Below are positions 47,513 to 58,994 of a DNA stretch of 64,000 nt, piece after piece. Below the pieces are notes generated by a model that was given only the letters and a program-made list of their open reading frames with translations, had not been told where the DNA came from and did not search any database. The translations under genes and the position numbers were made by a program. Position 1 is the first letter of the stretch. Every line of letters starts with the position of its first letter. The DNA is from Schizochytrium sp. TIO01 (Eukaryota > Protista > Bigyra: Labyrinthulomycetes): contig SMSO01000035.1 in NCBI GenBank assembly GCA_004764695.1, forward strand, positions 3,918,040 through 3,982,039. Reading direction: 5' to 3'.

Positions 47513-49717
47513 ATGACATCATCATCAGTTCTCATGACCACACCAATTGGCAAAGGCTCTGTGCTAGCCTCCTTTAAAGCTACTGTGTTAGCTTCGTTGC
47601 TTGTTGTGTCTCTTGCAGGAGCTCTTGCGAATGGTCAAAACGATGTTCCGTCACGCGTAGCAATTCCGATAGACATGCCATGGGCCAACCTTGCTTGGGG
47701 TTTCGAAAGTGGTGGCCAAGACAATGTTACGGGCACAAGGCTTGTGCTCGTGGACCTTTTCGACGAAGCAAATGAGACGATTCAAGAGTATCGCAATATG
47801 GGCAAAATCGTTGCATGTTACTTCAGCGGCGGCACCTTGGAGGACTGGAGACCTGACGTCTTGGCGAACTTGTCGGCGTGGACTGCAGTTGTGGCAGGAT
47901 CTATGGCAGACTGGGAAGATGAAGCCTGGCTTGACATTACCAAACTTGACGAGTTGAAAGAACTCATGACACCACGATTTGAGCTTGCTGTATCAAAAGG
48001 TTGTCAAGCTATTGAGGTAGATAATGTGGACTGCTATGACAACGAGGATTGCTACTCGGGGACTTCTCTTGCTAACTCCAATCTCCGTACTCGACGAACG
48101 GCACAGATCGCATATAACGAATGGCAAACTAACATCAGCCATACTCTCGGATTGAGTATTGGCTTAAAAAACGCTCTAGACCTCATCTCTTATATTGGTT
48201 CTGAATATGACTTTGCGATCAACGAGCAGTGTGCAGAGTACGATGAGTGCGACACCTTAAGCGATTTCATCAATGACGGCAAGGCTGTTTTGAATGTTGA
48301 ATATAATACTGAGTCTGCAACTACGCAATGTTCTGACGCCCAGTCCTTGAACATCATGAGGAAAATGTGTGATCACATGACTGATGACGATGGCCTATGC
48401 AAATCGAATCAGACATGGATCGATTGCTTTGCGCTAAATTATACCAATGCTCCCACGCAATCTCCAACACTATTGCCGACCCTTGCTCCTTCAACTGCTC
48501 CAACCAACGCACCATCCAGCTCTCCTACAGTATCTCCTACCTCATACTCGGAAAGTTCTGCATTTGTAGATAAGTACGTGGATTGGGCATTACTTCTTGA
48601 CGACTCCAGAGGAAACGAGGATGATCTGAATCAGCTTAGCTATGTAGTTGGAAGTTTACGCAATGAGGATCTTGAGAGTCTCATTGCCCAAGGTCATAAG
48701 GTGATTTGCTCTTTTTCGGCAGGCACCTATGATGGCAGCAACGCCGATGAGACTTCGTTTGTTGTAGAAGATGTATTCCTTGCTGACGCAAGTGAATCTG
48801 CCTCTGTTCAGTGGCTGGACATTTCTCAACTCGCAGCACTGAAAATTCTCATGAATACGCGACTCCAAAGTGCTGCTGACAAAGGTTGCTATGCTGTTCT
48901 CTTTGAAGATCTAAACTGCATCGATAATGACGCATGCTTGAATGCCCTAGATGATGCACTTTCAAAGAGTGAGAGTTGTGCACGGCGACAGCTTCAGGCA
49001 TCATCGGCGAGCTCTGATGCCAGAAACGCTCAGGTACAGTACGCACAATGGCTTGCTGTACGTAGTAATCAGCTTGGTATGCCTGCTGGCATTAGCCAAG
49101 GCGCGAGCATCATTGACGATCTCGAAGATTACATCGCGTTTGCATTTACTGTCAATTGCGAATCAGACAACGACTGTTCTGCGTATACCAACTTTACGGA
49201 CAGTGGAAAACCTATCTTAAACCTGGAAATTTATGATACGGCAACAAGTATACCAAATTGTACAAGTGCAACATCTTCTGAGGACATTTTTACAAAGCGC
49301 TGTGTGGGAAATGTTACAACTGAAGAATGTAATGTTGGATCATCCTTTAGCAACTGTTTCATCGGATCTGATGATTTTTCAACACCTGCGCCAACTGTAC
49401 CAACGCGTGCCCCGACTGCAGGCCAGACACCCCAGGGCCCAGATGGTTCTCCTAGTACTCCTGAAGACGACGATGGAAATGAAACAGTGCCCTCGGGTTA
49501 CTTTGTGGCAACTTGGGTTCTTTTTGCTATTGTGATTATTCTCTTGACCATTATTGCACTTCTGCTTTATCGTATGTTCTGCAAAAAGGAGTTCATTAGT
49601 GAAAGTCACTACATCCCAACTCGCCGACCATCCTCTACGCAGCAAGCAAAACCTGAATCGGCGAGTGATGCACCAGAGTACCCTTCTCAAAAGTGCACTG
49701 TTGTTGAGCAAACCTAA
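47513..49717 (+). CDS. Type I membrane protein with two GH114 (endo-alpha-1,4-polygalactosaminidase-like) domains, the second degenerate
   Basis: Signal-like VLASLLVVSLAGALA; VACYFSGGTLEDWRPD, WLDI, KGCQAIEVDNVD, GLSIGLKNA, AINEQC..YDEC, GKAVLNVEY; PT linker; second copy of the domain; TM FVATWVLFAIVIILLTIIALLLY; start may be 47513 or 47534. Confidence 0.88.
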   Translation: MTSSSVLMTTPIGKGSVLASFKATVLASLLVVSLAGALANGQNDVPSRVAIPIDMPWANLAWGFESGGQDNVTGTRLVLVDLFDEANETIQEYRNMGKIVACYFSGGTLEDWRPDVLANLSAWTAVVAGSMADWEDEAWLDITKLDELKELMTPRFELAVSKGCQAIEVDNVDCYDNEDCYSGTSLANSNLRTRRTAQIAYNEWQTNISHTLGLSIGLKNALDLISYIGSEYDFAINEQCAEYDECDTLSDFINDGKAVLNVEYNTESATTQCSDAQSLNIMRKMCDHMTDDDGLCKSNQTWIDCFALNYTNAPTQSPTLLPTLAPSTAPTNAPSSSPTVSPTSYSESSAFVDKYVDWALLLDDSRGNEDDLNQLSYVVGSLRNEDLESLIAQGHKVICSFSAGTYDGSNADETSFVVEDVFLADASESASVQWLDISQLAALKILMNTRLQSAADKGCYAVLFEDLNCIDNDACLNALDDALSKSESCARRQLQASSASSDARNAQVQYAQWLAVRSNQLGMPAGISQGASIIDDLEDYIAFAFTVNCESDNDCSAYTNFTDSGKPILNLEIYDTATSIPNCTSATSSEDIFTKRCVGNVTTEECNVGSSFSNCFIGSDDFSTPAPTVPTRAPTAGQTPQGPDGSPSTPEDDDGNETVPSGYFVATWVLFAIVIILLTIIALLLYRMFCKKEFISESHYIPTRRPSSTQQAKPESASDAPEYPSQKCTVVEQT

Positions 49718-50758
49718 ACTACCGTCTTTCCATTTTCAAAGTGTTCTGGGGTTACGCATTTGCCAATTTCAGCACATGCATCCTATTTTAATATCCTTTC
49801 AATTGTTGTACGACTTAAGATTTCTGTTTTGTAAAGCCATGTTGATCATCAGCAAAGCTTTTTCTTTTGGTTCTTTCCTTTCATGCCTTTATATAATATA
49901 GGATATATATTATATTAAATTAAATTAAATAAATATTCTGTTTTGGGTGCAACTGGCACTATGCAAACCAATCCTAGGCTATTTGGGGTCCGTGTTATTT
50001 GAAAAAAGAAACATGGCAGAACGCGGAGGTCTCACATACTTCAATCTTATAAGAATAAGAACATAGATTAAGGTACTCGCATCGCATTAGCCTAGACATA
50101 CTGACCATAACCATTACTTTTGAGAGTTAGTCCGCATCTTTGCTCATCAATGTATATCATATGCTCAAGTTTGCAGAGTTCAACCATTCTTGCCTTCTCC
50201 CTTTGCACACAACCCCCACTAATTCTCGCCGCCGAATTTGTGTTCATGATGTTCATTTTTTCTTTTTCAGTCACGTACACTTCAACTAGGTACTAGTGCA
50301 ATTACTAGATAGTCTTATGTAGAAAGTTCACTTTCATATGTGGGTTCCCATACCACAGATGTGGTCCTTTTCTCGACGCACCTCCAAATGCCAGTTCTTC
50401 GAACAAACAAACATATACCTCTTTGGTTAGAGCAAACCACTTTCCTATAACGCGCAACCGCACGAGGATACGGCCTCGCGACCTTGCCAGGATGTTTCGG
50501 CGACACAATCCATTTTGCAGGCCTTCGCAAGTTCTGCGGCCACGCGAGGCCTGCAGCAGTTTAGAAGGAAGATTGCAATCCGGAGCAGCGCGTGCCGGTG
50601 CAGCCCTTCCTCTGCCAAGCGTGTCTCCAAAAACACGATCAACAACGCCACTCAAACTGCAACCGCAGAGAGATGAAGTGACCAAGAGGAACGAAGTTCA
50701 CGAGTTGCTCGAGGTTGAGCAAAGGTTAAATCACGTGCTCGCGAGAACAGTACTAGGA

Positions 50759-52798
50759 ATGAAGTCCCAACGACAGGAGAAGCGTCACGGGCAAAGGGCA
50801 GCTTGCTTCTACTGTTATAAGTATGCAGATTACAAGAGACATAGAAAGGTTTCCTTATCAGGGTTGGTGACCCTGATGGCCTTGGCGTGGGCCTCATGTT
50901 CTAGAGTGACCCTGACAGATTCCACGAGCTGCGAAAAGTGGCAGACCTTTCCAGTGGACTCTTTCGCGAATGCAGACTGGGCACAGTTAGCTTGGGGTTT
51001 TGTAGATGGAGGCCATGATACCATAACAACCAAAACGAGAATGGTATTTGTCGACCTCGACGACACAAGTACACGCGAAGAACATCTTGCTACGGGTAAG
51101 ATCATCATTTGTTCATTTAGTGCCGGCTCAGTAGAGACGTGGCGAGAAGATGTACAAGCGAACGCAACTGCGTGGGCAAATGCAGTAGTAGGAGATCTTG
51201 AGTACTGGGATGAAAGCTGGCTCGACATTGGCAAGCTCGAAGAGTTGCAAAACCTCATGCTTCCGCGCTTGCAGAAGGCAGCGCTTGCAGGCTGCCATGC
51301 AATTGAGCCAGATAACCTTGATTGCTTTGGAAATTCAGACTGCTGGAGTGCTTGTACTGGAATTAATAACGCTAACGAAGCATACAAGCGCCAGCTTGAA
51401 TATAATCAATGGCTTGTATCTGCTGCGCACTCTGTTGGAGTTGGTATTGGCCTGAAAAATGCGCTCACTATGATTGATGATGTCGCGGCTGACTTTGACT
51501 TCGCTATTAATGAACAATGCCATGAATATGACGAATGTGATAAAGTAGAGCCATTTCTTAATCTTGGAAAAATTGTATTTAATGTTGAGTACATCAACGA
51601 CCTTACCATATGCGAAGTTCAGACTAAGGGTCTCCTCTCCAAATACTGTGAGGGCTCTGCTGATTACGATGGGTTATGTGGTACAGATTGGACCTCCTGC
51701 GAAACACTCACAACCTTGGAAAAAGTGGCTGAACCTACGGTTTGCGGATCCTCTATTGAAGAGATTGTTACAACTACAGCATTGCCAACTTCAAAACCAA
51801 CTCTAGCACCAACCCGTACCCCAACTGTCAGACCAAGCACTTATATTCAACCTACACAGAAACCCAGCTTAAGCCCTACGCCTGAACCGTCAAAGAGACC
51901 TACCAAAATGCCGACAGCATACCCAACACTTCGCCCAACAAAATTCCCAACAGCGCAACCAACACTTCGCCCAACCAAATCGCCAACAACAGAGCCGACA
52001 CTTCGCCCATCAAAAGCGCCAACAGCAGAACCATCACCTCGACCATCAAAAGTACCAACCAATCTCCCAACAATACTATTTACAATTAGCCCATCTGCAG
52101 CAGAAGCTACTCCTAGCCCTACAACAAAAATAGGTTCATCAACGGAAACGCCAACACGAGCACCTACCCCAGAGCCTACTACAAAGTATCCAACCCCCCG
52201 CCCTACACAGGGACCAACACCAACTCCTACTACTAGACCTACGAAGTTAAAAACATCCCGACCAACAAAATCCCCAACAGGTCGTCCAACTAAAATTCCA
52301 ACACCTTACCCAACCGCAGTTCAGTCGCCTACGACCTTCCCTACACTAAACCCAAGCATTACATCGACTAGCTACCCAACAAAATCTCCAAGCTTGAATC
52401 CGACACCATATCCAACCCCCTTTCCAACAACGAAATTACCAACTCCAAGACCGAGCAAGGCGCCGACAATCAAGCCAACACCCCGTCCTACGTCTGCACC
52501 AACCGTTCGGCCAACAAAGTCTCCAACAATAGTGACTACAACTTCTCCAACAGCTACTGAGACCCTGCGCCCTACTAAAGCACCAACTACGGCAGTTGTT
52601 ACTGAGCAAATTACACAGTCTCCTACACGTAAGCCCACAAAATCTCCGAGTCGAACACCGGTCCCAACTTCAGCTCCAACATCTAATAACGCTTCTACGG
52701 ATCGTGACCTCAACAGGATCGAGACAGTGCTTGTCTCGTCTGAGAGTTTATCAGCATTCACCTGGCTTGCGATTGCTGGAGCTCGCATGTTCCGCTGA
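50759..52798 (+). CDS. Secreted or surface GH114 glycosidase with a long Pro/Thr mucin-like stalk and hydrophobic C-terminus (possible GPI anchor)
   Basis: ICSFSAGSVETWRED, WLDI, GCHAIEPDNLD, GIGLKNA, AINEQC..YDEC, FNVEY; about 300 aa of PTxxPT repeats; start uncertain (frame open from 50423). Confidence 0.85.
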   Translation: MKSQRQEKRHGQRAACFYCYKYADYKRHRKVSLSGLVTLMALAWASCSRVTLTDSTSCEKWQTFPVDSFANADWAQLAWGFVDGGHDTITTKTRMVFVDLDDTSTREEHLATGKIIICSFSAGSVETWREDVQANATAWANAVVGDLEYWDESWLDIGKLEELQNLMLPRLQKAALAGCHAIEPDNLDCFGNSDCWSACTGINNANEAYKRQLEYNQWLVSAAHSVGVGIGLKNALTMIDDVAADFDFAINEQCHEYDECDKVEPFLNLGKIVFNVEYINDLTICEVQTKGLLSKYCEGSADYDGLCGTDWTSCETLTTLEKVAEPTVCGSSIEEIVTTTALPTSKPTLAPTRTPTVRPSTYIQPTQKPSLSPTPEPSKRPTKMPTAYPTLRPTKFPTAQPTLRPTKSPTTEPTLRPSKAPTAEPSPRPSKVPTNLPTILFTISPSAAEATPSPTTKIGSSTETPTRAPTPEPTTKYPTPRPTQGPTPTPTTRPTKLKTSRPTKSPTGRPTKIPTPYPTAVQSPTTFPTLNPSITSTSYPTKSPSLNPTPYPTPFPTTKLPTPRPSKAPTIKPTPRPTSAPTVRPTKSPTIVTTTSPTATETLRPTKAPTTAVVTEQITQSPTRKPTKSPSRTPVPTSAPTSNNASTDRDLNRIETVLVSSESLSAFTWLAIAGARMFR

Positions 52799-53030
52799 AA
52801 GAAAATTACATCTATGCAAGAATTCGTAATATTTAAAGGGGGGGTGTACTTATGATCAAATCAATTCTGTAATGACAAACCCATTCTAACAACTGAAATC
52901 CATGACTCAATCTCAGCAATATGTTACTTTTGCCCTTACTTACTTGCTTGCTTTGTCTAGCCTCATTGATATTGTTATTAGCATCTTCTTTCGAACGTAA
53001 GAGGTATAATAGAGAAAAATTGATCTTTCA

Positions 53031-55544
53031 TCACATATTTCTATTCAAGAAATCTTGATATAGTGCAAGAACCTCGGCAGGGTCTTTGGTAGTCTTTACT
53101 CGGATGGATTTTGTTTTAGCATCGAATAACCATAGTATGTTACAGACTTCAGACAAAAAGGCTCGGTCATGGGAAACTATGATGACAGCGCCATCATACT
53201 TTTCGATACCTTCTTGAAGGCGCTCAATAGAAGACAAGTCAAGATGAGACTCAATCTCATCCATGATCCACAGACGATTACGTTGATAAGCCTCTCGAGC
53301 AATACATAGACGACTCTTTTGTCCTCCAGAAAGAGTACGGACTGGCTGCAAAGCAAGGTTGCCTGTTAAGCCAAAGCCACCCAGATAGACACGCGCTTGC
53401 TCGACTGTTTGACAATCAACAGTCCCTGGCCCACGAGGAAGGCTCAATATTAAGTCTGCCGGCGTTAAATCGTTATCTTCTGGCAAATCATTAATCATAT
53501 TTTGCTCAAAGACACTGATTCGGTCGGCCGGGACCCCAAGCGAGATTGAGCTTGGTCCACTCCGCAACTGTACTGACCCAGGTTGTTGAAGCATGAGCTT
53601 CACGAGAGAACTCTTTCCAACACCGTTCTGGCCTAAGATACCAATTCGGGCATTTCCAGGTACCTGAGCAGTAAAATTTTGAATCAAATCTGGTTGCTCC
53701 GGCCAGCCATATCTGATCTCATCAAGCTGTACCAGAATGTCTTCAGGACGACCAGGACCAGCTGCGCAGGTGGGAAAATTAAAATTCAAAGGTCTCTCAT
53801 CAAAGTCAAGAGCGGACGGCAAGCCTTCACAGTCATAAGAAATTCTCCATTTCTTACCATCAGCACGCCCAAGCCCCATCTGGTCGATTTTTTCGATTTG
53901 CTTTTTCTTTGAAGCAATTTGTTTCTGTTTTTTGGTATCACCACCTTTGCTTTTGCGATCTCGCGCAGATCGTTGTTGTGTGGCAATGTACTCCTGCAAA
54001 TGGTCCTTTTTCTTTTGTTGGGCTTGCAGCTTGTTTGCTTGCATGGCGCGCTTTTGCTCGAGCATTTCTCGGTACTCATTATAAGTGCCATCAAAATAGG
54101 TGAATTGCTTATTCCGGAGAACAATCAGTTGATCTGCAACAGCATTCATGAAAGCTCGATCATGAGAAACAAAAAGAAGGGTTCCTTCGAACTTTGACCT
54201 GTCATTTAAATAACACATAAGCCACTCAACACCCAGAGCGTCCAAGTGATTTGTGGGCTCATCAAGTAAGAGCACATCCGGCTTCATAAAGAGGGTGCCA
54301 CATAAGGCAACTCGCATTCTCCAACCACCAGAAAGCTCTTGGGTTGTCTTTTCAAGCAAATCGTTTGTGAAGCCAACGGAACGAAGAGCTGCCTCAGCTC
54401 GTGCGTCGGCGTCCCACGCGCTTATTTGCTCAAGACGCTCATAAACTTCCTGGAGACGAAGTTGAGATTCATGAACTTGATCTGGAGATCGTTCTTCGTC
54501 CTCCATCCCAGCAAGCAAATCCTCCTCTTCCTTCATAAGACGGGTTCTCTCAAAGTCATACTTGACAACATAATCAACAGGCTTCATATTAGAACCCTTC
54601 AGCTCTTGTTCAACATATTGCACACGAAGGTAGGGAGGGAAGCCAGGTAACGCGCCCGTCGCAATACGACGAAACAGCGTAGTTTTACCAGAGCCGTTTG
54701 ATCCTGTAAGCGCATAACGACGACCATAGGTAAGCTTCAGAGTTGCATTGTATAGCAGTCGCTGGCCATCACGCGCCATTGTGACATTGGGCAAGTGAAT
54801 ATCTCTCGACTCGCCTGTCATACGCATGACACCACGGCCACCTGCACCTCGACCACCCCAAGGAATACCAAGTCTTAGGCATTCAAGCCATGCGGAGCTG
54901 TAATCATCGTCTTCCAATTCTTCAACTACGTTAGCCATAGCGTGTTCATGAACCTTCCAGTGGTCCCATCCCATCCACGTTTTGTGGAAACGCTCGAAGC
55001 GTTTAGTTTGGAATTCGCCCTCTTTTGCTCTAAGCTCATCCGCCCGCTCGGCAGTTGCACGAGCTCTCTCTTCAGCATTACGCTGGGCGCGACTTTTCCT
55101 GGCAGAAGATGCACCATCCTCCGCGGAGGCATTCTTGCTCTTCTGCTTTCCCTTTTTGCCCTTTTTGCTTTCCTTAGGCGTTGCCTCACCCACTTTTGCA
55201 AGAATCTCGTCGTCCACTTCGGGTGACCCAGAAAAGTCTTGCGTGACTGACTCTTCCAGTGTGTTGAGCTTCTTCAGTTGCTCTTTGGTGAGTTCTTTGG
55301 GGCCTTCATCCTCTTCGTTGTTGTTCTCATTTTCATCACCAAGCTTGAGCAGTTTTTCGAGAGCTGATGAAAGTTTTTCAAACTCAGCATCTACAAGTTC
55401 GCGCTCGACGAGTCCTTCGAGCATCTCTCGGCGATCATCCTCCCCAAGATCACCTGCTTTGAGCACCTCTTCCAGGTACTCGGCGCCGCTTTCGTCTACC
55501 TCAGCGTTCCATTTCTTGAGTTCATCCAAAATGATCACGGTCAT
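53031..55544 (-). CDS. ABC-F family ATPase (ABCF3/GCN20-like translation factor)
   Basis: Two ABC cassettes and no TM domain: GRRYALTGSNGSGKTT, LSGGWRMRVAL, LLLDEPTNHLD, SHDRAF; GQNGVGKS, LSGGQKSR, SHDR; ATG 55544. Confidence 0.92.
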   Translation of the reverse strand: MTVIILDELKKWNAEVDESGAEYLEEVLKAGDLGEDDRREMLEGLVERELVDAEFEKLSSALEKLLKLGDENENNNEEDEGPKELTKEQLKKLNTLEESVTQDFSGSPEVDDEILAKVGEATPKESKKGKKGKQKSKNASAEDGASSARKSRAQRNAEERARATAERADELRAKEGEFQTKRFERFHKTWMGWDHWKVHEHAMANVVEELEDDDYSSAWLECLRLGIPWGGRGAGGRGVMRMTGESRDIHLPNVTMARDGQRLLYNATLKLTYGRRYALTGSNGSGKTTLFRRIATGALPGFPPYLRVQYVEQELKGSNMKPVDYVVKYDFERTRLMKEEEDLLAGMEDEERSPDQVHESQLRLQEVYERLEQISAWDADARAEAALRSVGFTNDLLEKTTQELSGGWRMRVALCGTLFMKPDVLLLDEPTNHLDALGVEWLMCYLNDRSKFEGTLLFVSHDRAFMNAVADQLIVLRNKQFTYFDGTYNEYREMLEQKRAMQANKLQAQQKKKDHLQEYIATQQRSARDRKSKGGDTKKQKQIASKKKQIEKIDQMGLGRADGKKWRISYDCEGLPSALDFDERPLNFNFPTCAAGPGRPEDILVQLDEIRYGWPEQPDLIQNFTAQVPGNARIGILGQNGVGKSSLVKLMLQQPGSVQLRSGPSSISLGVPADRISVFEQNMINDLPEDNDLTPADLILSLPRGPGTVDCQTVEQARVYLGGFGLTGNLALQPVRTLSGGQKSRLCIAREAYQRNRLWIMDEIESHLDLSSIERLQEGIEKYDGAVIIVSHDRAFLSEVCNILWLFDAKTKSIRVKTTKDPAEVLALYQDFLNRNM

Positions 55545-55570
55545 GGTCTTTCCTGTTCCTCGCCCAAGTC

Positions 55571-55622
55571 TCAAATCAGAAGCTCAAATCAGAAGCTCAA
55601 ATCAGAAGCTCAAATCAGAAGC
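55571..55622. repeat. 13-bp tandem repeat (TCAAATCAGAAGC)x4 just upstream of the ABCF start codon
   Basis: Direct reading; four exact copies. Confidence 0.95.
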
Positions 55623-56099
55623 TTCTAAGCCGGAATCGTAGCCTCTTGGGCAACTTCTTGGGGCGTTTTTTGGTTAGTTCTCAGGTCAGGTCCCCTGGCC
55701 TCTCAAGCAATCGTCAGCCCCCTCCAAGTTTCGCAGAACTCCGACCCAACACGTATTCGACTCAGCGCGCAACCTGAGGCCCCTCGAATCGACGGCCTCC
55801 AGCGAGGTATCCCAGCCCAGCAGCGAGCGTCAGCGCAGGTCTTGCGAGTATTCACGATTTGCTCTCGCCTGGAGCCCAATCCCGCTCGCTCAAAGCACGG
55901 GTCCGGAACGATATTTTAGTACACAGCCTTTGATTTTCGGACACGCACGGATACAGATCTTTTCGGACAGTGAGTACCAGTTCTGGAGACCTATGCACCT
56001 ATGGCTACGTTTTTCAGTATGCTTTCAGAGTGTCAAGTTCCAAACAAGGGTGTTCTGTTTCCAGAAGCGGCGCGGAACGCTCGTGCCTCGCAAACCCTA

Positions 56100-57117
56100 A
56101 CAGGTATTTATTTATTATTTACAGTGGAGCAAGTATAGAGGTCTACGAATTACTCACAGAGACACACGGAGAAAACCACTCGCTTTCAATCGAAGCACGT
56201 TGTGCGCTGGGCCGATCAAAACACCACATGGGACATTTTGATGAAGCAATACTCACTCGCCTTGTGGGCTGCAGAGAACTTACTTAAAGAGCTCCAGGTC
56301 GAGGAAGCTCCGCTGCAAATACGCTTGACAGAACTTGCTGAGATCTACCTTTTTTATCGCAGGATTTGAGGATGTAGATTTGCTGGTGGGCCAGGCGATG
56401 GAAATCTTGAGCCAAATTGAACAGGAGAACGAGCTAGGTAAGGCAAGATGTGTCTTAATCTCGTCCAATCTTCTTAGAGACCGAGGTTGACATGAAGAAT
56501 CTCCCACCGCCTGGCTCAAGGGGTTCTGGAACTTGTTAGTCTGTATACGTCTCCGACTTCGGCTTTGCGTTTGGAGCCTATGGTGCAGATAGCAACTGCA
56601 AAACGCGGCCTCTTTAAGCATGGAGCTGCATTAAAGGTTTCCGAAAGTGCCCAAGAAATCGTGAATTCTTCGATAGGAGAAACACACCCAGACTCATTTA
56701 GGAATTTGGATGCATTTAGGCCAAGTACTCAGCCGGAGAGAATTTAACTCAAAGTTAAAAGCTATGCAAATACTTCGGGACCTTCGGCAGAACAGTCTTA
56801 TCACCTTTTCTACCTTGCACCCGCGGTTTCAATTGGCCGCTGCGTGCTTAGCATAAAGCACGAAGGGTTTGGCAGAACTTCTTGGCATAATTCATTACTT
56901 TGAGGAACTTCTTGGCGCAAACCACTATCGCGTTACCCATTTTCGTTCATTATATGCCAACATGCTACCAGACCCAAGATCTTCCATTGGAGAGAATTTT
57001 CAAGCTTTGGCAATCTACGAAAAGTATTTCCCTGGAGCTACGTACCCCCTCCTTCCATTGGAGTTATCATGTTTAATATCGCGCATCCATACGATCGCCT
57101 GGCCGCCTTTATGTTGA
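56100..57117 (+). pseudogene. Degenerate TPR-repeat (kinesin-light-chain/NPHP3-type) gene
   Basis: Fragments in shifting frames: ELLTETHGENHSLSIEARCALGRSKHHMGHFDEA, LTELAEIYL, SIGETHPDSFRNL, EELLGANHYRV; several frameshifts and stops. Confidence 0.55.
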
Positions 57118-58994
57118 TGAGCAAGGTAGGTAGGTAGTTAGGACCTTGGAGGAGTGCTATGCACCAGACCACCCAAATATGTAACGCGCATATTTTATTT
57201 TTTTAATCATGACGTGACAAGATATTCAGATTTTGCTCAAAGGCAGACAATGGCAATTAACAATTGAAGTAATATACAGCTACTGCCTAAGCTAACCAAA
57301 CCTTATCTAAGCAAGCTCTCCTGTCCGACACATCCTGTGTATCGGGCTGACATGATCCATTCATCCCCGCCTGTATCCTGACCCGAAACCCCAATAACTC
57401 ATATATCACTCTCATTCTCTTTCTCCGGAGTTCGCCATCCTTGTCAGACTACCTCTGCACACTTCACAGCACAAGCTACTCTGCAATATTAACTAATCAA
57501 GTCGAGCCTTCCATACCCATTAGAAGCACACCTCGTTGCGCATATATAAGATATTGATAATTATATGAATATATTTATATTTCCCTTGCTTTGACGTCTT
57601 CGAAAACAGTACACTATACTTTTCATTACCACGTTTCTTCTCCGTTTCAATACACAGATACTACCTATATCAACATGAACACAACTTCGTCAAAAAAAAA
57701 AAACATCCAGCAGAAACGGGAACACAATTACTATCGGGCTGGAGACGTGCCAAACTTGTAAAAACCTCTGCCAGTATTCATGCTGCCCTTTCATGTTCCA
57801 TGAAAATGTGGTGCTAGAGATAAGTGCTCTACAACAATAGGAAACACGAAATCGAACAAGTATATATTCCCTGTTTCAGTAAACCTATTCCAAAACTTCA
57901 TTTCCATCAACAATAACGTCTCGTATTCTCGAAATCTCCCATAATGGAAAGTCAGCTGTACGCTAGGAACACTCGTAGCTATCTTACCCTTTTCTGCCAC
58001 ATTCCTCTTTTGCCTACTTTGTTAAAAAAAATAAAACTAACTTGAAGTTTTAATTTAAATAAATGAATAAATAAATAATCACGGTAACATTCATAGTTAT
58101 TTTCCCCTCACATTCCCTCAGGCTCTACCCGAGTTTATCTTGATCGCTCACGCACTCACACACCCATACACTCGCTCTCACGCCCACTCCTCCGTCATTC
58201 TTTAGAAACCGACCCTACCTACAAACCAGCTCTACGCAAACAATCGTTCTCACGCGGTGAACCCCCAATCTCATCCAGTTGCCAGCTTCATCTTCGAAGC
58301 ATCTCCCATCTTCTTCTGGACCCTTCCTTCACCTGCTGGGAAAAAAAGACTACCGCCCCCTATATAGTCCTACTGTACTATATTATATAGGCACGGCGAA
58401 GTCAACACCATTGGAATCGGCCTCTCAGCGCGTTGTAAGACTTTCAGGGTGGGTGTGAGGTGTATGCGAAAGCGTGCACAGACAGTCCTTTCCTCCTTTT
58501 CCCTTAGTCAGTGCTATGCTGCCCTATGCGCTGTCGCTGTCGTTGTCTATGCGGTCGCCTGTGCTGCAGAGGCCTCCGATGAGGTGGGCAAAGTATTGGC
58601 AGCGAGAAAGGGGCGCTGTCGATGACATTGGCGGTAGCGCTGGCGGCGTTGATACCGGCGTCTCCGGCACCAGCACCCAGCACCTACCCATATGTATATA
58701 AGTATGTATGCAGCAGCGCCGCAGTGTAGGTCGGTGGGGGTGCTGACAAGGGTGCCCGGTGCTTGGACCACATGGTCGCCAAGTAGGCCACAGACCTGCG
58801 CGCAGAGGAGGACGTGGTCGGATCGGTGCAGGGCACCGACAGTATAGACAGGAGCCTGGACACCTTGGACACGGTGCAGAGTGCTGTGTTGGCTCTGCTG
58901 GATTATATAAAGTTTTTCCGGGTGGTTTATATAATGGACTATATACTATATACATAAGAAAGCAACTCCTAGATGCTGCACTGGCACCACAACC

